From NCBI RefSeq assembly GCF_006345805.1, contig NC_043005.1:7812001-7876000 (forward strand): DNA of 64,000 nt, in the 5' to 3' direction. Positions 14,177 through 27,811 of this stretch are shown one piece after another. The translations under genes were made by a program, and so were the position numbers. This DNA comes from Octopus sinensis (taxonomy: Eukaryota). Within the stretch, counting starts at the first letter, position 1, and every line of letters starts with the position of its first letter. A model generated the notes under the pieces. The model saw only the letters and a program-made list of their open reading frames with translations. It did not search any database and had not been told where the DNA came from.

Positions 14177-14532
14177 GAATCTAATGATATTTGCGTATAT
14201 AGCTGCATGTAAGGAAATATCCATTAGATATGTACATGTATTCATGCATATGACAATTCATAAATTTATGCAATAGTAAATATATACCAATATTCGCGTT
14301 GATATAAGTTCATGTATGCAAGAAATCAATACTCGATCTTACAATTCATTCCTGAATGCATGCGTACATTCATCATAGCTTACTTATATTCATACCTCAG
14401 ATCTGGCTTAACTGTCCGAAACTTCGAAGTCACTGTCAATAGTATTCTCAAGAACAATAAACATCTAATCTCCAAAAGTATAAAGTAGCCCATCAAATTA
14501 ATGTAAAATTGTCTTTATTATAACTGAACATA

Positions 14533-14592
<60 letters not shown>

Positions 14593-14619
14593 TTGACGTT
14601 TTAATATATACAGTATAAA

Positions 14620-15033
14620 AAACACGAGCTGGCAGAACCGTTAGCACGCCGGGCGAAATGCGTAGCCGTATTTCGTCTGCCGTTACGTTCTGAGTTCAAA
14701 TTCCACCGAGGTCGACTTTGCTTTTCATCCTTTCGGGGTCGATAAATTAAGTACCAGTTACGCACTGGGGTCGATATAATCGACTTAATCCGTTTGTCTG
14801 TCCTTGTTTGTCCCCTCTATGTTTAGCCCCTTGTGGGTAGTAAAGAAATAGGTATTTCGTCTGCCGTTACGTTCTGAGTTCAAATTCCACCGAGGTCGAC
14901 TTTGCCTTTCATCCTTTCGGGGTCGATAAATTAAGTACCAGTTACACACTGGGGTCGATGTAATCGTCTTAATCCGTTTGTCTGTCCTTGTTTGTCCCCT
15001 CTGTGTTTAGCCCCTTGTGGGTAATAGAGAAAC
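14620..15033 (+). mobile_element. SINE family A dimer (full copy plus 184-bp truncated copy)
   Basis: 16-bp TSD ATATATACAGTATAAA at 14604-14619 and 15034-15049. Confidence 0.9.
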
Positions 15034-15448
15034 ATATATACAGTATAAAGGACAGGAGGTACTAATAGTTTCTTGTGGACACACGTGCCTAGACAAGTTT
15101 TTGTAACACGTGTTATTAAAACTTGTCTATACACTTGTTTCCACAGCTTGAAGCTATTAGAAACTGTACTTTAAATGATATGTATCTCTGACTTTGTTGA
15201 CTTAAGGGAATACTGAAATATAGTTTCCTAATTTCTATTCCTGTATGTTATATATTTTAATAATTACTGGTATCTTTATATATTTTATATGTAAAGCATA
15301 ATATGTTATACATGTATGTATATTCTTGTAGTTGTCATTTTAGTAAACAAATAAATGAATTGACATAATATAATGTCTAAAAGTTGATGAACCACCTATT
15401 GATCCCTCCATTTTCTTATTGCTCTCTCTCTCTCTCTCTCTCTCCCTG

Positions 15449-15556
<108 letters not shown>

Positions 15557-15633
15557 AGGGAATTAGAAATAATATTCTATATATATATAATAAGTTGATG
15601 AACCACCTATTGATCCCCTCCATTTCCTTATTG

Positions 15634-15670
<37 letters not shown>

Positions 15671-15700
15671 CTTCTCGCTCAGAGATTTTATATGTATATA

Positions 15701-15764
<64 letters not shown>

Positions 15765-15805
15765 ATACATCTATATATATATATATATAATATATAATAT
15801 ATAAT

Positions 15806-15853
<48 letters not shown>

Positions 15854-15948
15854 ATATATGCCTCTTGGAGCTAATCAACGGCAGCATTCGTCCTATTTTC
15901 TGGACTGCCATGTTAGCTTGGCGATAGCTATTGATATCCAGTACTGAG

Positions 15949-17800
15949 GTCGACTTTGCCTTTCATCCTTTTCGGGGTCGATAAATTAAGTACCAGTTGC
16001 GTAGTGGGGTCAATCTAATCGACTGACCTCCTCCCCCAAAATTTCGGGCCTTGCGCCTAGAATAGAAAAGAATATTGATATATGGAGGGCAGAAACACCA
16101 GCACATGACTCAATATTGGTATTTGCCAACTAAATGTGGTGGTCCTTTAGAGGACGATTCATAAAAAGCCTTGTGAAATATTGCTGCTCAGCGTTTCCTG
16201 GTTGAAATGTTAGTTTATTTCGCCATTTATCAAGTTGTTAAACATATCGACATTTGAATGAGTATCGAGCGCAGTTCGTAAACCATCTTGTTGTTTTTAT
16301 ATTTGATTCACAGTGGAAAAATCAGAAAAACGATAGAGAATTTGGTCAGACTACTGCTTTCAATGAAATTGCATCTCGGTGACTGCTTCTATTGTACAGT
16401 CGTTGCTATTTGATTTTTACTCTCGGCAAGTGGAATTCGACGAGTGGTCCTCTTCGTGTCCTCAAACTCTGATTTGAGTAATACTAATAAAGTAGTTGAA
16501 AGTACTCCAACAACCCTAAAAGTTTGATATATGGACGGCGGAAATACCAACTCATCACTCAATATTGATGTCTGGAGGGCAGAAACACCAGCACATGACT
16601 CAATATTGATATATGAACGGCGGAAATGCCAACACATTGCTCAGTATTGATATATGTACAGTGGAAATACCAGCACATCGCTCAGTATTGATATATGGAG
16701 GCGGCGAGCTGGCAGAGATGTTAGCACGCCGGGCGAATTGCTTAGCGGTATTTCGTCTGTCTTTACGTTCTGAGTTCAAATTCCGCCGTGGTCGACTTTG
16801 CCTTTCATCCTTTTCGGGGTCGATAAATTAAGTACCAGTTGCGTAGTGGGGTCAATCTAATCGACTGACCTCCTCCCCCAAAATTTCGGGCCTTGCGCCT
16901 AGAATAGAAAAGAATATTGATATATGGAGGGCAGAAACACCAGCACATGACTCAATATTGGTATTTGCCAACTAAATGTGGTGGTCCTTTAGAGGACGAT
17001 TCATAAAAAGCCTTGTGAAATATTGCTGCTCAGCGTTTCCTGGTTGAAATGTTAGTTTATTTCGCCATTTATCAAGTTGTTAAACATATCGACATTTGAA
17101 TGAGTATCGAGCGCAGTTCGTAAACCATCTTGTTGTTTTTATATTTGATTCACAGTGGAAAAATCAGAAAAACGATAGAGAATTTGGTCAGACTACTGCT
17201 TTCAATGAAATTGCATCTCGGTGACTGCTTCTATTGTACAGTCGTTGCTATTTGATTTTTACTCTCGGCAAGTGGAATTCGACGAGTGGTCCTCTTCGTG
17301 TCCTCAAACTCTGATTTGAGTAATACTAATAAAGTAGTTGAAAGTACTCCAACAACCCTAAAAGTTTGATATATGGACGGCGGAAATACCAACTCATCAC
17401 TCAATATTGATGTCTGGAGGGCAGAAACACCAGCACATGACTCAATATTGATATATGAACGGCGGAAATGCCAACACATTGCTCAGTATTGATATATGTA
17501 CAGTGGAAATACCAGCACATCGCTCAGTATTGATATATGGAGGCGGCGAGCTGGCAGAGATGTTAGCACGCCGGGCGAATTGCTTAGCGGTATTTCGTCT
17601 GTCTTTACGTTCTGAGTTCAAATTCCGCCGTGGTCGACTTTGCCTTTCATCCTTTTCGGGGTCGATAAATTAAGTACCAGTTGCGTAGTGGGGTCAATCT
17701 AATCGACTGACCTCCTCCCCCAAAATTTCGGGCCTTGTGCCTAGAATAGAAAAGAATATTGATATATGGAGGGCAGAAACACCAGTACATGACTCAATAT
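15949..17800. repeat. 842-bp tandem duplication, about 2.2 copies, nearly identical
   Basis: GTCGACTTTG at 15949, 16791 and 17633; duplicated ORFs 16389/17231 and 16613/17455. Confidence 0.95.
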
Positions 17801-17885
17801 TGATATATGTACAGCGGAACTGCAAGCACATCGCTCAATATTGATATATGGACGGCGGGAATATCAGCACATGGCTCAATATTGT
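16528..17885. repeat. Degenerate 41-bp minisatellite blocks (16528-16700, 17370-17542, 17757-17885)
   Basis: Unit approximately ATTGATATATGGA.GGCGGAAATACCAGCACAT.GCTCAAT. Confidence 0.85.
16701..16917 (+). mobile_element. SINE family A, alternative-tail subfamily; further copies at about 5345-5500(-), 15946-16075(+), 17543-17759(+), 25541-25685(+), 28179-28363(-), 41225-41437(-), 42410-42540(-)
   Basis: Head GGCGAGCTGGCAGA...GAGTTCAAATTCC (A/B-box-like); core GTCGACTTTGCCTTTCATCC; tail CCCCAAAATTTCGGGCCTTG...AGAAAAGAAT. Confidence 0.85.
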
Positions 17886-18516
17886 TGCTGATTGTTTCCC
17901 ATAAGTGACCCCAGCACGGTTTAGGCTTGGCTGGAAAGTAAATCCACGCAAGTGGCTTTGAGGGTTCATCGTTCAACGCCCTGAGCAGTCATCGTTTTGA
18001 ACCGTATAAAATGTCTTATTAGTACCAGCAAAGCCTGTATTCTATGTAATAGATGTTTGCTAAAACTCTAACGAAGCATTTCGTGAGAATCAGTAGGATA
18101 TTTGACAAACTTCATGCACAATTTGATGAAGATACGTTGCTAAGCTATCGTATAAATAAATATATTCATAATGTATTTATTTATACGAAATAAGAAATGC
18201 ATTCATTTTCCTTTAACAAGATATTTTTTCAGTTTTATAGCCACTCATTTACTCTCTAGCGCCAGAGAATACGAAAAGCTAGATAAAAGTATTTAAGCTG
18301 TATTCCATCATTTTCTTCAAAACATCCTGACTTTTAATATTTGTATATAATGAAGGAAACAAAGGAAATACGAAAGAAAGCAATAAAGAAAGAAAGGAGA
18401 CGAGACTGCCATCACTTATAACATTGTCATTATTAATCTATTTCACAGTACACTACCAAGGTTACCAAGAACTTATATTCCTATACATACAATATATATA
18501 TATATATATATAATAT

Positions 18517-18547
<31 letters not shown>

Positions 18548-18753
18548 TATATATAATATTATATATATATGTATATAAACATATATATATAGTTGAAATT
18601 TACAGAAAAACAAAAGACATGACAGGCGTATAAACAACAAGCAAGTGTATTAGTTTGACGCCTGGGAAGGTGAGAAAGTCTTTTACGTTTCGAGCCTACG
18701 CCTTCAACGGAAAGGAACACGTGCGTGCGTGTGTGTGTGGTGTGTGTGTGTGC

Positions 18754-18794
<41 letters not shown>

Positions 18795-18942
18795 CACATA
18801 CATACTTATGTATGCATACACACATGTGCGCGCACATATAAATACGAGTGTATGTGGTTACTCTCTCTCGAAGATAATGAGCGAACGGCCTCTCAGCATT
18901 TTCACGTGATGGAAATCTTTATGACATCCTCGAAATTATTCT

Positions 18943-20644
18943 TATTTCTTTACTATTCACAAGGGGCTAAACACAGAGAGGACAAACAAGGACAGACAAA
19001 CGGATTAAGTCGATTACATCGACCACGGTGCGTAACTGGTACTTAATTTATCGACCCCGAAAGGATGACAGGCAAAGTCGACCTCGGCGGAATTTGAACT
19101 TAGAACGTAACAGCAGGCGAAATATCTATTTCTTTATTACCCACAAGGGGCTAAACACAGAGAGGACAAACAAGGACAGACAAACGGATTAAGTCGATTA
19201 CATCGACCCCGGTGCGTAACTGGTACTTAATTTATCGACCCCGAAAGGATGACAGGCAAAGTCGACCTCGGCGGAATTTGAACTTAGAACGTAACAGCAG
19301 GCGAAATATCTATTTCTTTATTACCCACAAGGGGCTAAACACAGAGAGGACAAACAAGGACAGACAAACGGATTAAGTCGATTACATCGACCCCGGTGCG
19401 TAACTGGTACTTAATTTATCGACCCCGAAAGGATGACAGGCAAAGTCGACCTCGGCGGAATTTGAACTTAGAACGTAACAGCAGGCGAAATATCTATTTC
19501 TTTATTACCCACAAGGGGCTAAACACAGAGAGGACAAACAAGGACAGACAAACGGATTAAGTCGATTACATCGACCGCAGTGCGTAACTGGTACTTAATT
19601 TATCGACTCCGAAAGGATGACAGGCAAAGTCGACCTCGGCGGAATTTGAACTTAGAACGTAACAGCAGGCGAAATATCTATTTCTTTACTACCCACAAGG
19701 GGCTAAACACAGAGAGGAGAAACAAGGACAGACAACGGATTAAGTCGATTACATCGACACCAGTGCGTAACTGGTACTTAATTTATCGACTCCGAAAGGA
19801 TGACAGGCAAAGTCGACCTCGGCGGAATTTGAACTTAGAACGTAACAGCAGGCGAAATATCTATTTCTTTACTACCCACAAGGGGCTAAACACAGAGAGG
19901 AGAAACAAGGACAGACAAACGGATTAAGTCGATTACATCGACACCAGTGCGTAACTGGTACTTAATTTATCGACCCCGAATGGATGACAGGCAAAGTCGA
20001 CCTCGGCGGAATTTGAACTTAGAACGTAACAGCAGGCGAATATCTATTTCTTTATTACCCACAAGGGGCTAAACACAGAGAGGACAAACAAGGACAGACA
20101 AACGGATTAAGTCGATTACATCGACACCAGTGCGTAACTGGTACTTAATTTATCGACCCCGAATGGATGACAGGCAAAGTCGACCTCGGCGGAATTTGAA
20201 CTTAGAACGTAACAGCAGGCGAAATATCTATTTCTTTATTACCCACAAGGGGCTAAACACAGAGAGGACAAACAAGGACAGACAAACGGATTAAGTCGAT
20301 TACATCGACACCAGTGCGTAACTGGTACTTAATTTATCGACCCCGAAAGGATGACAGGCAAAGTCGACCTCGGCGGAATTTGAACTTAGAACGTAACAGC
20401 AGGCGAAATATCTATTTCTTTACTACCCACAAGGGGCTAAACACAGAGAGGACAAACAAGGACAGACAAACGGATTAAGTCGATTACATCGACACCAGTG
20501 CGTAACTGGTACTTAATTTATCGACCCCGAATGGATGAAAGGCAAAGTCGACCTCGGCGGAATTTGAACTCAGAACGTAACGGCAGTCGAAATACCGCTA
20601 AGCATTTCGACCGGCGTGCTATCGATACTGCAAGCTCGCCGCCT
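18943..20644 (-). repeat. SINE family A 9-unit tandem array (183-184-bp period) with 13-bp TSD
   Basis: Units start near 18943, 19126, 19310, 19494, 19678, 19861, 20044, 20228, 20412; only the last carries the tRNA-like head; TSD TCGAAATTATTCT at 18930-18942 and 20645-20657. Confidence 0.95.
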
Positions 20645-20821
20645 TCGAAATTATTCTGACTGAAAATATGAACAAGCCTTGCGTATTGCTCTTGATATTC
20701 AGTTCGGGAATTCATTTGTATTTTAGTGGTGTTTAAGACATACTGGGTTCGTTCAAGGAGGCTATTTTGAAGGGAATGATCCTAAAAATAAGTAATATAT
20801 GAAATATGGTATTTACTGGAG

Positions 20822-20898
<77 letters not shown>

Positions 20899-20905
20899 GT
20901 CTGTC

Positions 20906-20947
<42 letters not shown>

Positions 20948-21185
20948 GAATCTATGTTTATAAATATGTATGTCTCCTTTCTCTCTCTGTATGTATGTAT
21001 ATTTATGTGTGTGTGTGTGTGTGTGTGTGTGTGGCCATGCTGAAGCACCGCTTTTAGTCGAGCAAATCACCCCAGGACTTATTCTATCGGTCTCTATTGC
21101 CGAACTGCTATGTTACGGGGACGTAAACACACCAGCATCGGTTGTCAAGCGATGTTGGGGGGGGGGTCAAACATAGACACACAAG

Positions 21186-21217
<32 letters not shown>

Positions 21218-21335
21218 ACATATATACGACGGGCTTCTTTCAGTTTCCGTCTACCAAATCCACTCACTGAAGCCGGAACCATGTGGTTCGTAAGCAAGCT
21301 ATTTACCACACAGCCTATATATACATACACATACG

Positions 21336-21387
<52 letters not shown>

Positions 21388-21548
21388 CACACAGTTTGAA
21401 ATAAAGAATTTACACAGACATATGTATAAGTACAGTGGCCTTCACTCATAAATGGCTATAATCTGTGAGTAGCAATCCTGCGATCTGGCTCTTCCTAACG
21501 ATGCTTTCTTGGTTGCGAGCCAAATATCGGAATACAGAGGTCACTCAC

Positions 21549-21693
21549 AGCGTTAAACATATCTAATTGATTTCAACTACCGATGTTTTACTCGGTTTTA
21601 ACAGACTCCAACCTATTTGGCAAGGCGTTCTACATTCAATTTTAGTTCCAGCTATGCGGCAAAAATCTCTTACATACATTGACACGGGCGATT
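21549..21693 (-). pseudogene. Pseudo-exon
   Basis: Acceptor aaaattttag, donor gtgagtg; ESPVSMYVRDFCRIAGTKIECRTPCQIGWSLLKPSKTSVVEIN*ICLTL. Confidence 0.5.
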
Positions 21694-21994
21694 CTAAAAT
21701 TTTCGACATTAGAATTGTAAATATAACAAACACGTTACTGCACCCACAGGCATCCCCCTCCACACAACACACACACACTCACACGATCTCTCTGTTTCTC
21801 GCTACATATGTACATACATACATAACTATATACAAACACATATACATACATACATGTAAATACATACATACATATATGTAAATACATACATACTCACAAA
21901 CACATATTACAGTCTCTCTCACACATAGAAACGCATACATACGAAGACGTGTGTCTGCGTGTGTATATATACATTCATATACATACAACGCACC

Positions 21995-22111
<117 letters not shown>

Positions 22112-22136
22112 TCTATCTATATCTATCCATCTATCC

Positions 22137-22200
<64 letters not shown>

Positions 22201-22210
22201 GTCTGTCTGC

Positions 22211-22296
<86 letters not shown>

Positions 22297-24053
22297 CTTT
22301 CTTTTTATATATGTTCATCTATATGTATATATACAATAAAAATGGTAAATAATTCTTTCGGTATGCGGCGAAGCAGCCTATTGCCCGCCCTTTTAATTAT
22401 TTTTATTATATGTATATATATGTATATATACGTATATACATGTATGTATATATACATATATCTATCTACGTATGTATTTATACGTACATACACTTGCCTG
22501 TGTGTGTGAGCCATACGCGTGCGCGCATTTTTGCCTGTGTGTGTTTGTGTAACACCAATGTCGATATATGTATAGATCATAGTAACATCAACATTGAACC
22601 ATAATTGTTTGCAAACGTTTTTATCTGAATGTGGCCATGATGTTCACACACATACTCTGTTACACTGACACACTTACTTAGTAGTTTACTTTCTGGCACA
22701 TAACTTTATAAGAAGAGTGAAGCATTAATTAAATCAATCTGAAAACATTTCTACTAGTTATTGACTCTGGAGTGAGGAATAGTGAAGTGTACTGTAGCAA
22801 GATAAGAACTAAAAAAAAAGAGGAAAGAGTAATGGCTAATATGGAAAGATATAGTATCAAGTTCATCTCTCTACTAGATATATATCTTCCCTGCATCTTA
22901 AAATCATACAAATAATGATCTTTGGCTTAGACATAAGAAATCAAATTTGAGGAGAGAGTGAGGAGAGGAGAAATGGAGAGAGCACAAGAGGCGGAGAGAA
23001 AAGAATAGAGAGGAAAATATATAAATGTATATGAGGGTACTTATATATAATTTTTAACGTTCATGGAACATTTTAATGATGTCTGTTAAGTAGTGTGTAA
23101 TAGTTTTGGATGAGAACCGGCTCAGAAACGGGGCTTATCAGCAACTCAGATCTATTGAAAGCATTCTTCTTTAATTGTAGTTGTTAATTTTTTATTTATT
23201 TATAAATCATAATATATCCGTAAACTTCTTTTTCGGATACCTGGTATCTCTTTCAACATAGCAACCTAAGCTGATGAACATTCCAGCGATTACAATACTT
23301 TCCCCACTCTCTCTCGATAAAAAAAAAAAACTGTAAGCACTCGGCAATATTTTAAATACCAAGCATCCATTATGGATTTGCTCTTCATTCAGAACTGCAT
23401 CTCAAAGAGATTAACAGTGGTAAAACATGTGTAACAACCGACAACCACATCTGACTACCATCCAGGAATTTGTTGATGATGTGTGATCTTAACATATATT
23501 ATTAAGCACTTTTCCCAGCGTGCTAACAACCCTACCGGCTTATCAACTTAATAATAAAAATAATAACAACAAAAGTAATAATAATATATTTACCTTTCCT
23601 ATAATATAACTCAAGAATAATCTATTCTGACAACCTTATTCACTTCTTAAAGTATTGCTGCTAGTTTATTGGGTTAGATACAAACGAAGCTGGAATTCTT
23701 CTTTGTCACTAACCATACAACACTGGACAGAAAGTGATTTCAGGATAATGGTTTGAAAAGTTAGCTAATATTTCATCCGAAACGCGGTTCACAACAGTAT
23801 TTTTCTAAACCGACTTATTGGCCTTTCATCTTCCAGGAGTCAATAAAATAAATATACCAGTCTAGTAATTCAGTGTACAACCGAATTTCTGTGCGTAGTT
23901 TAGAAACAAATATCACTATTATTAAGAATGCGGTGGATTAGCTAAATTACTGTAACTCCGGAGAAAATATCTTATAACATTTGTTTCGCGTTTTCGTGAT
24001 TTGAATAAAAATCACATAAAGATGAAGCTTCTCTTTCCTTCTTGGGAGGTCAA

Positions 24054-24279
24054 AAAAATAAAGTACCAGTCAAGCACAAAAAATAAAGTACCAGTCAAGC
24101 ACAAAAAATAAAGTACCAGTCAAGCACAAAAAATAAAGTACCAGTCAAGCACAAAAAATAAAGTACCAGTCAAGCACAAAAAATAAAGTACCAGTCAAGC
24201 ACAAAAAATAAAGTACCAGTCAAGCACAAAAAATAAAGTACCAGTCAAGCACAAAAAATAAAGTACCAGTCAAGCACAA
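24054..24279. repeat. Perfect 25-bp minisatellite, 9 copies
   Basis: AAAAAATAAAGTACCAGTCAAGCAC with period 25 (AAGTACC at 24061, 24086 ... 24261). Confidence 0.95.
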
Positions 24280-24449
24280 GTGATTCAGTTATTATTACAC
24301 TGAGTTTATTACTGGAAATAATGCTAATTTCTTAAATTTAAGTAATCTATGTAGAAAAAAACTCCGTTTAATGTTAGAACGTAAAGACATAATTGAAAGC
24401 TTCCAACAGTCTAACAAATACACCGATAATCAAAATAAATTTTGCTTTT

Positions 24450-25480
24450 ACATCACACACGAATTTAGCTTTTTTCCCAAAGCCTGTCTTTAGTGTTTCT
24501 TTAACACATTTAGTTTTTGAAATATGGAAGATTTTTTTTTCATAATTTCATCAATACCAAAGATGTAATAAATAACATTTTATACAAAATTTACTTTTGG
24601 TGGAACAGAAATATACAGTAGACATTTGATTAATTTATACATAATTAATTTTAATCGCATTTTTATTGAATATATTTAATTAAAATCCCATACAATCGAA
24701 GAAAAATGTTTTTTTTTAAATTTAAAAGTGTTGTACTATTTTTTCTTTTAAAATGTTCTGTACCTTGCGATGTAGCGTTCAACCGTAATCAACCATCATA
24801 CCATCATTTTCGTATTCCTGATATCGTGTTTCCATTGCATGAATATATTGATAAAATAGTCCTCCTTGCTCAGTATCAAGATTTTCTATAAAAAAAATCT
24901 AGACAAGAATGTAAAATGTGTATGTTTTATGACGTCCCAAAGTTAATTTCTTTAGATATGAAGAAAGGTCCGAGCTCCAATTGTTCATGTAGGGGACAAA
25001 AATCATAAAATCTTACGACGTTTTTTCTTTTTAAATCGCAGTGTATTAAAGCTTTGTTGAAATCCAGTATCTTATAAAGCCTCTCTGATTTACGCCCTTT
25101 CAAATATTTCTTCCTTTAACTTTGCCGCACTCACATGTGAGACTTTCTCAGAATGGTACTGAAATCCTCATGAATTGACTTTACTCATTGCTTTAACCTA
25201 ATATTTTGTTACACCAAGCTCAATATGAAGAGATAGTAAAAATATTGTCTTGGAATAAACAAAAGGACAAATTAGTTGTTATTTATTCCTGGAACATTTG
25301 TTAACATTAGTGGCTTGTCACGCTCAAATATGGCGAAGTGTAATAATACGATTGTCCAATAGGTATATCCAGAAATATAATTATGAGAAACAATCGGTCT
25401 TACCTCAAATCAATACGTGGTACTGAACAAATAAAGGATATTTTGAAATTATAAAAATGTCAGCTTAAAACTCCCAGGTT
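24450..25480 (-). mobile_element. DNA transposon remnant, probably Chapaev3-like (family name from memory)
   Basis: HVSAAKLKEEIF; ENLDTEQGGLFYQYIHAMETRYQEYENDGMMVDYG*TL resembles the EQGERFHQDI..ME.RYQG..MM.DYCW motif; edges uncertain. Confidence 0.55.
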
Positions 25481-25760
25481 TTGTCCCACGCTGGTATTTT
25501 GATTCATTCACTACTTCTGTTATAATATTTGGTGCATTACTGAGTTCAAATTCCGCCGAGGTCGACTTTGCCTTTCATCCTTTCGGGATCGATAAAATAA
25601 GTACCTGTTACGTACTGGGATCGATCTAATCGACTGACCCCCTCCTCCAAAATTTCGGGCCTTGTGCATTGAGTAGAAAAATATTGGGCGTGTTACATCA
25701 TTCGCGTGGTGACATCTATGAAGAAATCTATTCGTCGAACACAAACTCAGAATTACTCAC

Positions 25761-26275
25761 ATCTTTCTATCTATCAAACATAAGATATTCCTGCAGGTTA
25801 TAATAATGTCGCTATAAGCTAGGATCAACCAAGCATAGATTGGCATATTTTGGTCATATTATGCGGAGAAAAATCCATGGAGAAGGACATCATGGTCGGA
25901 ATGGTCAGTGGCAAGAGAGGAAGAGGCCGACCAAGAACCCGCTGGTTTGACACCGGAATGGACATAGCCAATCTGAAAGAAGCGGCCCAGGAAAGAACTG
26001 ACTGGAGGACACTGACCCATCGAGTAACCGAGAGTCGACATCGACTGAGCGGATAGAGAGAGATAAAATAAACAATGCTCTTTCTCTCCTAAGATACAAA
26101 AATATTAAGAAACAGTTAAGTGTCATTGTTTTTTTTCCATCACTCTAAATACTCGGACATCCTTCAATGGATTCATGCTGCCTAGTATCAGTGGAAAATA
26201 CATTGCCTGGGCATTACTGAAATCATGGCCATTTCCTATGAGTTAGCTCATAATGGTAATGTCCCACAGCGTAGG
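25761..26275 (-). pseudogene. Pseudo-exon interrupted by an RTE fragment
   Basis: Acceptor atttaaatacag, donor gtgagta; PTLWDITIMS*LIGNGHDFSNAQAMYFPLILGSMNPLKDV... and ...ANLCLVDPSL*RHYYNLQEYLMFDR*KD flank the RTE. Confidence 0.45.
25847..26075 (+). mobile_element. RTE (BovB-like) LINE 3' end
   Basis: YFGHIMR; EKSMEKDIMVGMVSGKRGRGRPRTRWFD; LKEAAQERTDWRTLTHRVTESRHRL matches the RTE ORF C-terminus. Confidence 0.85.
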
Positions 26276-26792
26276 CTGTATTTAAATATTTATGTATTAT
26301 TTTTTTCCTTTCCAGTTTCTATACAGCCAATACCATTATCCATTATTTCTACTTCAGTTAATGATTATGTATTCTATTTATGTCTATACCTATATATAAA
26401 TCATGGAGACAATAGTCTCATTACTAGAAAATATTCAACTTTATTCCTGTTTCCCGTTCAGTTACTCACCAATATGACTATGATAGCAATTTATATCGAT
26501 GACTTTGTCTTTATATCTTTTATCTCTTAATAGAAATCAGTTTTTAACTACGATTTTCAAATGAATAAATAAAGTCATCTTTATTTTCTGATGATGTCTA
26601 ATAAGCAAAGTTCTATTTAGTGTTATTACTTTTACTCTCATTCGTTAGTGGAATTTGTATATCTTAATATTTTATTTGTTACTCAATGTTGCAGTTGTGC
26701 TGTTCGGAATGTTAGTAGTTATATGATTCCGTATATACTTACAATTTTCGTCAAATATTTGTTAGTTTTATGTTTGTTCGAGACTACTGCTG

Positions 26793-26842
<50 letters not shown>

Positions 26843-26947
26843 TTGTCTTATGATTATCACATGCTATCACCGCACTACGGGGCGCAGCTCTGTGTGCCTT
26901 GGATATGTGATGTGGTTTGCTTTGGTGATTTTATTTTTACTGTATTA

Positions 26948-26985
<38 letters not shown>

Positions 26986-27336
26986 GTTGTTGTTGTTGTT
27001 GCTGCTGCTGTTGTTGGAAACATTGTTTTGCTTTATTTGCTTTTGTACATTTTGCTACATAAGCATCTCTACTTCAACATATGAAGAGGAGAGACGGACA
27101 GTAAGTGTAGGCATGAAGGGGCGCCTCTGTTACTAAAAAAAATCTTAAATCCCCCTATCATAATTATTAACGTTTAAAATACGAGCGAAACCAGAACGCA
27201 CGCTCATTGCACTATATGAGGTGATTGGAGCTAAAAGGATTCCTCTGACCACGACACTAAATAGTATTGGTTTCTCTTGACTCAACTCAAACATTACCAG
27301 CAATGACAGGAAAACAGATGAGTACGAGAACAATGA

Positions 27337-27398
<62 letters not shown>

Positions 27399-27811
27399 AC
27401 ATCAGTAAAGACGAAAACAAAATAAGTACTGGGGACGACTCCACGGACAGGCAATATTTTGCTGGTCTGGCGGTGAACAAAATACTTCTCGCTCCCTCTA
27501 AATGACAAGGGGGTGCGCCTGGCACAGGTGGTACAACATGTGAAAGTGAATGGTGACGCGAATTTAAGTTTCAATCCCAGTCGAGGTATTGACAGAAACT
27601 CAGAAGGTAGAGTTGTACCACTGTATGTCGGCAAAAACTCGACACCGAGAAGTAGCATCATACACGCAGATGGAAAGGGCCGTCAAAGATATATGAATAG
27701 ATATAACACATGTAAGCAGGGGGAAGCAGTTTGGGAGCGTGGAGGTATTATCAAAAGCGATGTTCTCGTCTTGAGGCACACAATAGTTCCCATATGCGGC
27801 TGGGAACTCAC

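Larger units (their letters stand above)
15862..18165 (-). pseudogene. Pseudo-exon segments broken by a minisatellite, SINEs and a tandem duplication
   Basis: RIFIKLCMKFVKYPTDSHEMLR*SFSKHLLHRIQALLVLIRHFIRFK... (about 18150-17885); TFRVVGVLSTTLLVLLKSEFEDTKR...AAIFHKAFYESSSKGPPHL (present twice); SVLDINSYRQANMAVQKIGRMLPLISSK (about 15945-15862). Confidence 0.4.

Noticed and set aside
18660-18720. Minus-strand TTGAAG...GGCTCGAAACGT motif (related sequence at 34280-34310) as a second hammerhead
   Set aside because: The core is non-canonical and stem I does not pair; at most a degenerate Penelope-like remnant.
19580-19927. 115-aa ORF with an internal repeat
   Set aside because: Produced by the 1-bp-deleted 183-bp SINE units; not a gene.
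18943-20644. Regular array as a possible CRISPR
   Set aside because: No unique spacers; whole units are SINE-derived, the context is eukaryotic and there are no cas genes. The same applies to the 25-bp and 41-bp repeats.
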